Of a stretch of 64,000 nt of DNA, positions 47,701-55,822 are shown one piece after another. Under the pieces are notes generated by a model, which saw only the letters and a list, made by a program, of their open reading frames with translations, did no database searches and had not been told where the DNA came from. The first letter of the stretch is position 1. Each line of letters opens with the position of its first letter. The translations under genes and the position numbers were made by a program. The DNA is from a virus (Duplodnaviria > Caudoviricetes), in IMG/VR virus record IMGVR_UViG_3300045747_000505; one strand, 5' to 3'.

Positions 47701-48861
47701 AGCGTTCGTCGTGATGCGAGCATCGAGACCGTTCAACTGAACGACCTGTGATGGCGTCATCACACCAGCCGCTGTCGTCGAGGCTTGGTCCACGGTGAGT
47801 GTGACCGTTGTCAGATCACCAGAGGTCTGAGCGTGCAGTGGAGCGACAGCATTGATCGTGGTCAGCGTACCGTTGCCGGTGCCACCACCGCCACCCGCTG
47901 CTTCACAGACGATGTTGAGCAGAATGGTGCGATCGTTCTTGATCGTGCCGACGCGATAGACGATGTCCGCAATTGGGCGAGTCGTTGTGAGCTGTCCAAG
48001 AGCGTCTGACCACAGCGCTTCGCCAGCATGCCCAGCCCAGTCCCACTGGTCGTAGGTGATTTCGCCAGACTGCGTGAGCGTGCCAACCTCAGTCTCGTTC
48101 AGACCGTATTCGACGAGACCAACTGGTGCCTTGCGAGCTGCAACGGCGTCAACTGAGCTGGACAGCGAGACTGTGTCGACGTCGCTGAAGTAGACCAAGC
48201 TCATCGGCGGGAGATTCTCGCCGGCACGAACTGGAACGAAGTTGTTGATGGCGTTGCTGAGAACGCCAGACGTGCCGACGGTGATGGCGGCACGAACTGG
48301 TGTGTCAGTCGTCAGCAGCGTGCCAGCTGCCGTGCGGACTGGGCGAAGACCTGCGTCGTAGAGGACGAAGCCTGGCTGGCATGGGACGTTGAGACCGACG
48401 CCTGAGCCGGCAATGTAGCCAACAAGCTGCGACGTGCTGCCACCAACTGCCTTGCCGATGAACACGCGTGGCGCCGGAAGCCACTTGGTGTTGGCTGAAT
48501 TGCGCACCTTCATTACCTGGTCGTTGAGGTCAAACCAGTGCTGACCAGCTACCAGCGACGGCTCAACAAGGCTTGTGACTGGCTCGAGCTGCGTCGTGCC
48601 AGTTTGAACCTCGCCAGACAGCAGGTCGATGCCGACGTAGAAGTAGTTGGTTGGACCCAGCACGACCGGACCGAAGGCAGCCGCCTTCTGAACGTCAAAC
48701 TTGAGTAGATAGTCGGTCGGACCGTGCGCGATGGTCGCGAAGAACGGGGTCGGGGCTACCTTCAGGTCGACGTAATCTGGAATGGCAGCCTGAACGAGGA
48801 AGTCTGGCGCCGGTCCGTTTAGTTGGAATGAGATAAGACCTTGGCGGAAAATTAGCTTCAT
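44701..48861 (-). CDS. Large fibre/adhesin-like virion protein (about 1386 aa)
   Basis: Start MKLIFRQG after minus-strand TAAATA 48887-48892; three GG.M.G...L..AP....HA.TK.YVD repeats; five LP.Q.GN.GK.L.TDGT..SW repeats. Confidence 0.8.
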   Translation of the reverse strand: MKLIFRQGLISFQLNGPAPDFLVQAAIPDYVDLKVAPTPFFATIAHGPTDYLLKFDVQKAAAFGPVVLGPTNYFYVGIDLLSGEVQTGTTQLEPVTSLVEPSLVAGQHWFDLNDQVMKVRNSANTKWLPAPRVFIGKAVGGSTSQLVGYIAGSGVGLNVPCQPGFVLYDAGLRPVRTAAGTLLTTDTPVRAAITVGTSGVLSNAINNFVPVRAGENLPPMSLVYFSDVDTVSLSSSVDAVAARKAPVGLVEYGLNETEVGTLTQSGEITYDQWDWAGHAGEALWSDALGQLTTTRPIADIVYRVGTIKNDRTILLNIVCEAAGGGGGTGNGTLTTINAVAPLHAQTSGDLTTVTLTVDQASTTAAGVMTPSQVVQLNGLDARITTNAGNITTLQSTKANANHSHLITDVTGLTTELSNKLPLAGGTMTGFITLNAAPTASLHAVTKGYVDTAISSIASANTSFQSQLDGKLNITGGSMTGPLSLSGAPVNALDAASKSYVDTTTATITAGVGTLLDGKLSLTGGTMSGPITLSGAPVVPLHAATKQYVDSAMSASSLTAGTGITITSGVVAIGQPVATTSNPVFNNINASGSVVIQGNLTVTGTTTTIASASLDVGNASISLLNLVTGVPTQNASFAVNRGTSPEVSMRWNEALDQWEFTNDGLIFHKFITSLADLGSTTYTDAQADLRVAAGIAGSSINALADVDTVAPAPTDGQVLTWVAASSLWKPRTPASAVSSVNGFTGAVVLSSTNITEGTNQYFTTSRARTAISATAPISYDSTTGIISAAGLGTVSSVSGAGGTTGLTLAGGPITTTGTLTLGGTLNIASGGTGATTASAALTGLLPSQAGNANKVLTTDGTNSSWSTVSASNVLPAITGNSGKYLGTDGTTISWTAFSANAILPAQAGHATQFLTSDGTNSSWAAISASTLLPSQVGNAGKALITNGTAAVWSTITPDSVLPAQSGNSGKVLTTDGINSSWGTVSASTATNLLGGAASQIPFQSAGSATAFSANLAWVTSTSTLLLGGTASNTTITTNVADTLTLNSSALMVKTGTTERLRVLANGAWSVGTGGTATGTSGQVLMSTGATTAPAWTSMPGGLSTAGSTGTIQIVGAGGVLAAGNGVYTAPTTTFTGTAAGAAVAIRSTTAVASWLDLGRAAAEAVIGVTGVAAQHFTGTLAGDLVLRSSTAAVRLGYSSAGTTAPTLSLDTSGNAILGQAGYVSFVAGSTEKMRVTSTGGVSFGATGTATGTTGQVLTSAGAASPVWKDSGEFMVIALSDETTALSTGTAKVTFRAPYAMTLYQIPRAGLSSAGTGTTSVDVKVNGTSILGVAKLTIDAAEKTSTTAAAATTLITTTIADDAEFTLDIAAAGAGAKGLKVTLYYQRT

Positions 48862-48922
48862 TGAGAGCTCCACGAATTGGTTTGAGTATTTATCACGTTG
48901 GCAGCTTCTGGTTGATGCCCCG

Positions 48923-48930
48923 TATAAATA
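48923..48930 (+). promoter_or_regulatory. T4-type late promoter TATAAATA (divergent from minus-strand TAAATA 48887-48892)
   Basis: Exact T4 late consensus. TAAATA also precedes late genes at 1079(-), 13343, 19990, 22073, 24158, 25682, 32199, 39565(-), 39592, 41013, 56791, 62120, 63900(-). Confidence 0.8.
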
Positions 48931-48954
48931 GCTGACTGGAATACGGAGCACTGA

Positions 48955-50436
48955 ATGCAACTCACAGAACTATTCGAAGCCAAGTACAGCGGTGCAAACG
49001 TTGGCTCGGCTATGTCAAAGATCGTCTCGTACCTTGAGCGAGCAATGAGCTTCAAGCTGCTCAAGCTCGGAGTCGAAACCTTTCACAACAGCGCAGAGAA
49101 CGCTCGTGGCATTCGCTACGTCGAGCTCGGCACGCTCAACTGCATTCGCTTCAACTGGGTTGGTTCGAAGTCATCAGAGATCGTCTCGATCGACCTGTGG
49201 AATGGTTCATCGCGCGACCCGAACTTTCACATCAAGCTGAACGGTACCTCGCTCGTCAAGGCGCTGCCCGCTCTCGTTCAAGTGCTGAAGTCGCCGAAGA
49301 TCGGCAAGGTCTCCGTGACCGAAGCGCTCGTGCTTGAGGTCAAGAAGGGTGAGTTCAGCGAGACGTCTGCCGTCAACGACATGATTCAGAAGCTTGAAGC
49401 TGGTCGCAGCTTCAACCGCTCAGAGTTCATCAACGCCTATCACGTGGACAATGCTCACGCATTCGACGAGTTCGTTGAGGCGAACAAGGATGATCTCGTC
49501 TTCACTGGCAAGCGCATCAGCATTCCAAAGGGCACCAAGCTCGGCGCCAAGTCTGATGGTGGTGGCGGCGGACTGACGGTCACGAAGGGTGGCAGCGGTG
49601 AAGAGTACGAGGTCGAGGTTCCAGAGTCTGAGGACCGTGTCACCTTCAGCGACAGCATCAAGGATCTGGAAGGTCTGACGACCGCAGTCATTCGTGGCAA
49701 CGCCAACGCGCTGTTCGTCGCTGGCCGTGGTGGTACCGGCAAGACGCAGACGGTTGAGGACGTGCTCGCTGCCGCTGGTCTTGAGGATGGCAAGGGCTAC
49801 GAGAAGATCACTGGCTCGGCCTCGCCAATCGGCATCTACTACGCGCTCTACAAGAATCGCACCGGCATCATTCTGTTCGACGACTGCGACGGCGCGCTCG
49901 ATCAGCAAGACGGCCGCAACGTCATCAAGGCGGCGACCGACACGAAGAAGATTCGCAAGATCGCTTGGGGCAAGAAGAATCCAGGCATGTACGACCCAGA
50001 CTCACGCGCGCCACCGCCGTCTGATCCAGATGAGGACGAGGGTGTTGACGATGAAGAGGGTGGCGATGATGACGGTGGTTCTTCTGGCAAGCAAGACGAC
50101 AAGATTCCAAACCGCTTCAACTTCGAAGGTCGCGTCATCTTCATCTCGAACATGCCGCTGAACAAGCTCGACCCAGACGGCGCCCTTCGCACTCGCGCCT
50201 TCGTCATCAGCGTTGACCCAACGCCAGAGGAAATGTTCGAGCGCATGGGTGAGATTCTGCACAGCATTCGCCTTGAGTCTGGCTCGCTGTCGCCTAAGGA
50301 GCGTCAAGAGGTTCTGACGGTTGTTCGTGGCTCCAAGCGCGCCAAGGACGCCTCACTGCGTACGCTCGTTCGCGCCCTCAACCTCGCAAGCAGCGGAGCT
50401 CCAAACTGGAAGCTTCTGGTTCAGCGCTACGCGTAA
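48955..50436 (+). CDS. Late AAA+ ATPase with N-terminal extension
   Basis: GRGGTGKT, IILFDDCD, RVIFISN, ALRTR; N-terminus MQLTELFEAK; acidic insert. Confidence 0.85.
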   Translation: MQLTELFEAKYSGANVGSAMSKIVSYLERAMSFKLLKLGVETFHNSAENARGIRYVELGTLNCIRFNWVGSKSSEIVSIDLWNGSSRDPNFHIKLNGTSLVKALPALVQVLKSPKIGKVSVTEALVLEVKKGEFSETSAVNDMIQKLEAGRSFNRSEFINAYHVDNAHAFDEFVEANKDDLVFTGKRISIPKGTKLGAKSDGGGGGLTVTKGGSGEEYEVEVPESEDRVTFSDSIKDLEGLTTAVIRGNANALFVAGRGGTGKTQTVEDVLAAAGLEDGKGYEKITGSASPIGIYYALYKNRTGIILFDDCDGALDQQDGRNVIKAATDTKKIRKIAWGKKNPGMYDPDSRAPPPSDPDEDEGVDDEEGGDDDGGSSGKQDDKIPNRFNFEGRVIFISNMPLNKLDPDGALRTRAFVISVDPTPEEMFERMGEILHSIRLESGSLSPKERQEVLTVVRGSKRAKDASLRTLVRALNLASSGAPNWKLLVQRYA

Positions 50437-50500
50437 GTGTAACAGGGCTGCGTGAGCAGCTCGGTTCGTTACACCTGGGCTGAGGATTTCGGTGTATAAT
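50437..50500 (+). promoter_or_regulatory. GTGTAAC..GTTACAC plus -10 (short class)
   Basis: TATAAT 50495-50500, 21-nt spacer. Confidence 0.75.
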
Positions 50501-50525
50501 GGTTCCAACAACTCGGAACCTCATC

Positions 50526-50726
50526 ATGCTCACCCCTGAACAACTCGCCCGCCTCGAAGAGCTCCTCGCCGAGCATCGCTACGCCGGCTCGAAGGACTGG
50601 CGTGAAGGTTCGCTCGTCGAGCGCGTCGACTGGCTCATCGCCATGTATGAAGCCAAGAAGGCGGTGGTCGAAGACCTCGAGGCGACCATCACCCACCTCG
50701 CCCATCAAGCGTTCATCATCACCTAA
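50526..50726 (+). CDS. Hypothetical early protein
   Basis: First ORF after promoter. Confidence 0.65.
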   Translation: MLTPEQLARLEELLAEHRYAGSKDWREGSLVERVDWLIAMYEAKKAVVEDLEATITHLAHQAFIIT

Positions 50727-50736
50727 GGAGCACATC

Positions 50737-50934
50737 ATGTGCCAGTGCTATCAAATCGGAGGTCCCTTCATCGCTGAAGACCCTGACTGCGAAGTGCACG
50801 GTCGTGAAGCTCAGCGCGCTGCCGAGGACCGTGATGTCCTCATCGAGCGGCTCACGCTCGTCTCACGGCAAGGCAGCGAGACCGAAATCTGGCAGGGCCT
50901 CATCGCCGCTATCGAATACCTCCGCACGCTATGA
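50737..50934 (+). CDS. Hypothetical protein
   Basis: AAGGAG RBS; MCQCYQIGGPFIAEDPDC. Confidence 0.65.
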   Translation: MCQCYQIGGPFIAEDPDCEVHGREAQRAAEDRDVLIERLTLVSRQGSETEIWQGLIAAIEYLRTL

Positions 50935-51188
50935 CCACTGAACAAACGATGTCGCGTGACGAGTTCCTCGCCTACGCTGAAGAAGTGCTGTTCGGTGAGG
51001 GTGCCGAGTGCCTCTACGAAGCCGTCGCCGAGCACAACGGTGAGGTCGCCATGTTCGGTGACGCTGGACCAGGTTCTGGTTACCGTCTTCGTCAATCCAT
51101 CGCTGAGTTCAACTCCATCGCTCGTCAGTACGCTCGCCTCACTGGGCGCAGGACGCCACCCGCCCCTACCCTTCGTTCCCCTGCCTGA
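50931..51188 (+). CDS. Hypothetical protein
   Basis: Coupled ORF. Confidence 0.6.
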   Translation: MTTEQTMSRDEFLAYAEEVLFGEGAECLYEAVAEHNGEVAMFGDAGPGSGYRLRQSIAEFNSIARQYARLTGRRTPPAPTLRSPA

Positions 51189-51198
51189 AAGAACCATC

Positions 51199-51633
51199 AT
51201 GCTGAACCTTCCAGTTGGCGCGAAGCGCGTCACCCTTCCCGCCGGTACCTACATCGTCGGCGACCCGTGCTACAACATCCCCGACGACTCGTGGGACGGT
51301 GTGCTCAGCGACTCCGACTCCTTTGAGGCGCAGTGCTTCGGCAAGTTCGCCAAGGGCGACGGCACCGATGGCATCGCCGTGGCGTTCGGCACCAAGTACG
51401 GCGACGGCACCTACGAGTACGGCAAGCTGGAGTTCCCAGTCGACGCTGGCCTCATTGGCATCATCCCCGTCGAGGACGTGCTCGAGCCGAACCTGAACTG
51501 CTCGAACCTCGTGACCTTCACGCAGCCGTTCGAGTGCTTCGAGGAGGGTGGTGTGATTGTCTTTGGCCACATCGAGATCAACACCGGCGACGATCCCGAG
51601 GAGTTCGTGGACTCGAACTGGGACGACGAGTGA
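51199..51633 (+). CDS. Hypothetical acidic protein
   Basis: YIVGDPCY...YGDGTY...FPVDAGLIGIIP. Confidence 0.7.
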   Translation: MLNLPVGAKRVTLPAGTYIVGDPCYNIPDDSWDGVLSDSDSFEAQCFGKFAKGDGTDGIAVAFGTKYGDGTYEYGKLEFPVDAGLIGIIPVEDVLEPNLNCSNLVTFTQPFECFEEGGVIVFGHIEINTGDDPEEFVDSNWDDE

Positions 51634-51893
51634 ACTACAACCGCTACTTCAACGCGTCGCTCAACCGCTCCTACAAGCGGTGGCGGCGAGCGCCTGGTCC
51701 AGTCGGGCAGAGTGTGCCCGGCAACGTCTTCGATCCGGACCCGCGCAAGGACTCCAAGCACAAGTTCGATCGCTGGCTCTTTCGATCTGATGCCGCCAAG
51801 CGCGTCTACTGGCGGACTCATCCCCAATATGGCAAGAATGGCAAGAATGGCAAGTCGCCCTTCAAGTACTGGACAGAGCTGATCAGAGTGTAA
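51630..51893 (+). CDS. Hypothetical basic protein
   Basis: GTGA overlap; 9-bp repeat GGCAAGAAT 51831-51854; stop in GTGTAAC. Confidence 0.6.
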   Translation: MNYNRYFNASLNRSYKRWRRAPGPVGQSVPGNVFDPDPRKDSKHKFDRWLFRSDAAKRVYWRTHPQYGKNGKNGKSPFKYWTELIRV

Positions 51894-51937
51894 CGATCGC
51901 GCTTCGTTACACCTGAACCTTCGAATTGGTGTATAAT
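51888..51937 (+). promoter_or_regulatory. GTGTAACGA/TCGTTACAC hairpin plus -10 (short class)
   Basis: TATAAT 51932-51937, 20-nt spacer. Confidence 0.8.
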
Positions 51938-51961
51938 GGCGTCAGACCACAAGGATACGCC

Positions 51962-52267
51962 ATGACACCCAAGTTCCTCGCCAAGCGCACCATGACCATG
52001 ACCGGTCATCACCGGCAGTGCGTCGGCATTGAAACGGAGGACGGCGTCAAGTTCACCTGGCAGTTCCTTCAAAGCGGTCAGCAGGACATCAAGGTCGGCG
52101 ACAAGGCCTGGGTTGCCAAGCGCCTCAACGTGTCGAAGGAAGGTCTCTGCTACGAGGTCTACGAGGTCACCATCGAGGAAGATGCCTACATGGTCAAGAA
52201 CGGCCACAAGCACTACCCTAAGACCTGGTTCGGCAAGGGTCGTCAAATCGTTGTGAAGGTTAACTAA
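51962..52267 (+). CDS. Hypothetical early protein
   Basis: AAGGA RBS. Confidence 0.7.
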   Translation: MTPKFLAKRTMTMTGHHRQCVGIETEDGVKFTWQFLQSGQQDIKVGDKAWVAKRLNVSKEGLCYEVYEVTIEEDAYMVKNGHKHYPKTWFGKGRQIVVKVN

Positions 52268-52474
52268 ATGAACGCCTATCTCTTGACCTTCGACATCAGC
52301 CTCGCGCTGGCCGCCATCGGCTTCTGGATGTACACCTATGAAGTGATTCAAGGCCGCATCACCCGCACAACTCGCTGGAGCGAGCTGACCGGTGACCAGT
52401 TGTCCTACGCCATTGCTATGGGTGCCGGCGCCGTCGGCATCATCGCCACCGTTCTCATCAAGGCACTGTCATGA
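52268..52474 (+). CDS. Small membrane protein
   Basis: Two hydrophobic helices. Confidence 0.65.
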   Translation: MNAYLLTFDISLALAAIGFWMYTYEVIQGRITRTTRWSELTGDQLSYAIAMGAGAVGIIATVLIKALS

Positions 52475-52773
52475 GCAAGCAAGACATCACCTTCGTCAAG
52501 ATCTCGCCCCGTCACGAGGCAGCGCTCCTCATCACCGAGACGCTGCGCTGCCTCGGCCTCGACGACGCCTACGGCATCTCGTGCGAGCGCGCCGTCGACA
52601 AGAAGGGCAAGAACCACTGGTCCATTCTGTTCTGCAAGGCGCGGACCGTCGACGGCCACGTGCGCGTCTACGCTGACCGCTACATCACCATCGCCATTCA
52701 ACAACGGCGTGGCGTCGAACGCTTCACCTCACCGCGCCAAGCCCAATCGTGGCTCGTGCAGCAGTTCGTATGA
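52471..52773 (+). CDS. Hypothetical protein
   Basis: Coupled ORF. Confidence 0.65.
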   Translation: MSKQDITFVKISPRHEAALLITETLRCLGLDDAYGISCERAVDKKGKNHWSILFCKARTVDGHVRVYADRYITIAIQQRRGVERFTSPRQAQSWLVQQFV

Positions 52774-52946
52774 AGTGGACCGTCTGGCTCTTCTTCTCCT
52801 GCCTGCTCGCCATCATCGGCGTGTTGATGGCGGACCTGCTCGACTGGGACCCATTCAAGGACAACAGCGGACCGGAGTACGTGAAGTACAAGATCGTTTG
52901 GATCGTGCTGCCGAAGCCGAAGCCGTGGTTCGAGTGGATGAAGTAA
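52770..52946 (+). CDS. Small membrane protein
   Basis: N-terminal hydrophobic helix. Confidence 0.6.
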   Translation: MKWTVWLFFSCLLAIIGVLMADLLDWDPFKDNSGPEYVKYKIVWIVLPKPKPWFEWMK

Positions 52947-52998
52947 CCTGCATTTAGGTCAAAACTTCTTTACAATGTTGATAGAATCAAGGTGTGAT

Positions 52999-53184
52999 AT
53001 GAGATACGTCTGCGTGCTACCGTCCACCGCTCTTGATGCCGCGCTGATTGGAATGCCAGCAGCGCTCATCGGCGTTCTGATTGGCGGCATTGTCGATTCA
53101 CCAATCATCGGAGCGTGCTGCGCAGTGCTGGCATGCTTCTCATCCATCGTCATCAACATGATTCTTTATCACCACCACAGATGA
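52999..53184 (+). CDS. Small membrane protein
   Basis: Hydrophobic; after TAGAAT 52982-52987; overlaps the SCO start. Confidence 0.5.
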   Translation: MRYVCVLPSTALDAALIGMPAALIGVLIGGIVDSPIIGACCAVLACFSSIVINMILYHHHR

Positions 53185-53756
53185 AAAAGCTTTCACTCGC
53201 CCTCATGCTCGTCGCCATGCTCACACCAACGCTGGCGCAGCACAACCACACTGCTTCGGCGACGCCAATCCAGGCTGCACAAACGCCTGGCAACTATCGA
53301 TTGCCTGACGTCGTCGTCATTCGGCAGGATGGTGTCAACCTCCCGTTTCCGGCTGTGGTGGACGACGGTCGCCCGGTGATGCTCAACTTCGTCTACACGA
53401 CCTGCACCGCCGTCTGTCCTATCACCAGTCAAGTCTTCGCTGAGGTGCGTGGTCTGCTCGGTGAGCACCGAGACCACGTCAACATGGTCTCGGTCTCAAT
53501 CGACCCCGAGCATGATACACCGCGCGCGCTCAAGACCTACGCCAAAAAGTACGGCGCCTACGGTACGTGGACGCACATCACATCCACCACCGCTGGCTCT
53601 GTCATGATTCAGCGGGCCTTCGAGGTCTGGCGCGGCGACAAGATGAACCACACACCCACCACGTTCATTCGCTGCTCGCCGAGCAAGCCGTGGATTCGTT
53701 TCGATGGTTTTGCGACACCGCAAGACCTCGTCAAGGGCCTCGCTTGCGCCAGCTAA
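53181..53756 (+). CDS. SCO1/SenC-family copper chaperone, exported
   Basis: Signal peptide; LNFVYTTCTAVCP (CxxxC); SIDPEHDTP; conserved His in KMNH. Confidence 0.9.
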   Translation: MKKLSLALMLVAMLTPTLAQHNHTASATPIQAAQTPGNYRLPDVVVIRQDGVNLPFPAVVDDGRPVMLNFVYTTCTAVCPITSQVFAEVRGLLGEHRDHVNMVSVSIDPEHDTPRALKTYAKKYGAYGTWTHITSTTAGSVMIQRAFEVWRGDKMNHTPTTFIRCSPSKPWIRFDGFATPQDLVKGLACAS

Positions 53757-53787
53757 GACAAGCACACTTCAACTACCGGACCATCCA

Positions 53788-53991
53788 ATGAAACGCTCCC
53801 TCTTCGTCGTTCTCGCTCTCATCTCCTTCGCTGCCGTCGCCGCCCCGCTGGCACCAGCCGACGCAGCCTCGGCCTCCAAGGCCACCGCCGACGCTCAGCG
53901 CAAGCTTCACAGCTGCCAATCGAAGGCGCGTGCCGAAGGCCTCTCCGGCCTCGAAGGGCGCGTGTTCGTGGCTGATTGCCTCAAGGCCTGA
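53788..53991 (+). CDS. PsiF-like small exported protein
   Basis: Signal peptide; QRKLHSCQSKARAEGLSGLEGRVFVADCLK resembles the PsiF repeat. Confidence 0.65.
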   Translation: MKRSLFVVLALISFAAVAAPLAPADAASASKATADAQRKLHSCQSKARAEGLSGLEGRVFVADCLKA

Positions 53992-53992
53992 C

Positions 53993-54199
53993 ATGCACAT
54001 CGGCGACTTCGACCCCCTAAGGGAGGGAATTCTCCCGCCGTCGGTTGGGCTCGCGCTCGCCGAGTACACCACCGCTGTGGCCAACTACGCCATCTCAGTG
54101 GAGCTGCAAGACAAATCGCTTCAGGCCGAGGATGAGGCGAGAGCTATCGTCGCCCTACGGGCGCTTGCTGCCGAGATGGTCAAGCTGACGCAGCGTTAG
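53993..54199 (+). CDS. Hypothetical protein
   Basis: ORF. Confidence 0.55.
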   Translation: MHIGDFDPLREGILPPSVGLALAEYTTAVANYAISVELQDKSLQAEDEARAIVALRALAAEMVKLTQR

Positions 54200-54247
54200 C
54201 CTGATTACCTTCGGTGATAAGTATACGCAATCGACACCGGAGGTTTC

Positions 54248-54445
54248 ATGATAGTTCGAGCCACCTTCAATCAACTCCCAGTCGGCATATTGCCAGGGCA
54301 GAACATTCGATATCAACTTCAGCACGGGCTTTGGTATGTCGATTTGGCAGAGAATATACCATGGCGCAACGTCACGGCGTATGAGATAGATACTCAACGG
54401 CAAGTCCTCTGTGGCTACAAAACCGCCTCCATGCAAGAGGTGTAA
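54248..54445 (+). CDS. Hypothetical protein
   Basis: GGAGG RBS; TAAGTA upstream; stop in GTGTAAC. Confidence 0.6.
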   Translation: MIVRATFNQLPVGILPGQNIRYQLQHGLWYVDLAENIPWRNVTAYEIDTQRQVLCGYKTASMQEV

Positions 54446-54502
54446 CGAGCGGAAAGTTCGTTACACTTTAGCCAGCCTGATTCCCGTGCAGTATGTTATA
54501 GT
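54440..54502 (+). promoter_or_regulatory. GTGTAACGAGC/GTTCGTTACAC hairpin plus -10
   Basis: TGtTATAGT with TATAGT at 54497-54502, 31-nt spacer. Confidence 0.7.
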
Positions 54503-54529
54503 TGCACTATCGAATCAAGGACTGGACCA

Positions 54530-55495
54530 ATGTCTAAAACAGCTCTCCTCGCGTTGAACGTCAGAACCGGCAAGTGGGAAGCCTCCTTCGGCGGCAAGAC
54601 CATCGTGTCGTCTGCCGACAAGAAGTACGTGGCCCACGTCATCACCAAGGGTCTGAACACCAAGGCCCGTGAGCTTGGCATCACCAAGGTCGAGGAGCTG
54701 GGCGTTGCCAACGGCAAGCTCGAAGCTCACGCCGCTCCCCTCGTCGAGTTCGACATCAACGAACGCTTCGACTTCCTCGCCGACTTCGTCGACATGGTCG
54801 CTGACCGTCAGCGCAAGTCGGTGGTCGTCGTTGGTGAGGGTGGTCTCGGCAAGACCTTCACGGTCATGAACCAACTTCGCAAGCGCGGTCTCAAGGACAT
54901 CTCCAAGATGGAGATCGGCGCCATGATGAACGCATCGCTGGATGCCAAGTCCTACGTGGTCGTCAAGGGCTACAGCACGCCGAAAGGCCTGTTCCGCACG
55001 CTCTTCGAGAACCGCAATCGCCTTGTGATCTTCGACGACTGCGACAGCATCCTCCACGACGAGACCGCCAGCAACCTTCTGAAGGCAGCGCTGGACAGCT
55101 ACGACGAGCGCATCGTGACGTGGAACGCTGAGTCGTTCGGCGAGTCCGATCTGCCGAAGAGCTTCGAGTTCACTGGTGCTGTGATCTTCATCAGCAACAA
55201 GTCGATGCACAAGATTCCGCAAGCCATCATCAGCCGCTCGGCTCCTGCCGACGTCTCGATGACCCGCGCCGAGATCATCGCTCGCATGCGTCAAATCGTC
55301 AAGGGTGGTGAGTTCATGGCCGACGACTCCATGGACGTCAAGCTCGAAGCCCTCGAGTTCATCGCCGGCCACATCAACAACCCGCAGATCAAGGCGATCA
55401 ACCTGCGGACCCTCATCGCTGTGGTGACCAACCGTCGCTGCAAGCCGTCCAACTGGCAACGTCTCTCGCTGTGCGAGATGATGGCCGCTCGCTAA
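54530..55495 (+). CDS. Early AAA+ ATPase (paralogue of 48955-50436)
   Basis: GEGGLGKT, LVIFDDCD, NLLKAALD, AVIFISN, AIISR. Confidence 0.85.
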   Translation: MSKTALLALNVRTGKWEASFGGKTIVSSADKKYVAHVITKGLNTKARELGITKVEELGVANGKLEAHAAPLVEFDINERFDFLADFVDMVADRQRKSVVVVGEGGLGKTFTVMNQLRKRGLKDISKMEIGAMMNASLDAKSYVVVKGYSTPKGLFRTLFENRNRLVIFDDCDSILHDETASNLLKAALDSYDERIVTWNAESFGESDLPKSFEFTGAVIFISNKSMHKIPQAIISRSAPADVSMTRAEIIARMRQIVKGGEFMADDSMDVKLEALEFIAGHINNPQIKAINLRTLIAVVTNRRCKPSNWQRLSLCEMMAAR

Positions 55496-55506
55496 GGAGA
55501 AACAAC

Positions 55507-55668
55507 ATGGCAACATACTTTGCAATGGTCCGCGTCGAAATCGAAGCGGATGACGTTGATGAAGCCCGCTCCATCTTCATGGAGGCCGTCGGTCTCGTGG
55601 ACGACTCTGACCTCGGTCAGAACATCAGCATCGACGTTGAAGTCGACTTCGAAGATGGAGAGGTCTGA
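55507..55668 (+). CDS. Small acidic protein
   Basis: AAGGAG RBS. Confidence 0.6.
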   Translation: MATYFAMVRVEIEADDVDEARSIFMEAVGLVDDSDLGQNISIDVEVDFEDGEV

Positions 55669-55670
55669 TC

Positions 55671-55820
55671 ATGTCGATCCTCACCATCATCTTCTGCATC
55701 CTCCTTGCCGCGCTGGTCGGCTCGCTCTTCATGGCGCTGCACTGTGCCTACGGCAAGCCGGACAACACGCCGCCGGCCTTCCCCAACCAAACCAACGCTG
55801 ACATCTACCGAGGCCTCTGA
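55671..55820 (+). CDS. Small membrane protein
   Basis: MSILTIIFCILLAALVGSLFMAL... Confidence 0.55.
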   Translation: MSILTIIFCILLAALVGSLFMALHCAYGKPDNTPPAFPNQTNADIYRGL

Positions 55821-55822
55821 TC

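Noticed and set aside
5065-54466. GTAAC..GTTAC as an NtcA/GlnR/CRP-type dimeric operator
   Set aside because: Spacing between arms varies from 1 to more than 20 nt, which is incompatible with a fixed-spacer dimer site
5065-54466. Bona fide integron attC array or CRISPR array
   Set aside because: Elements are shorter than attC sites, lack L boxes and deviate from GTTRRRY; no integrase in the window; repeats are dispersed, with no constant-length spacers or cas genes
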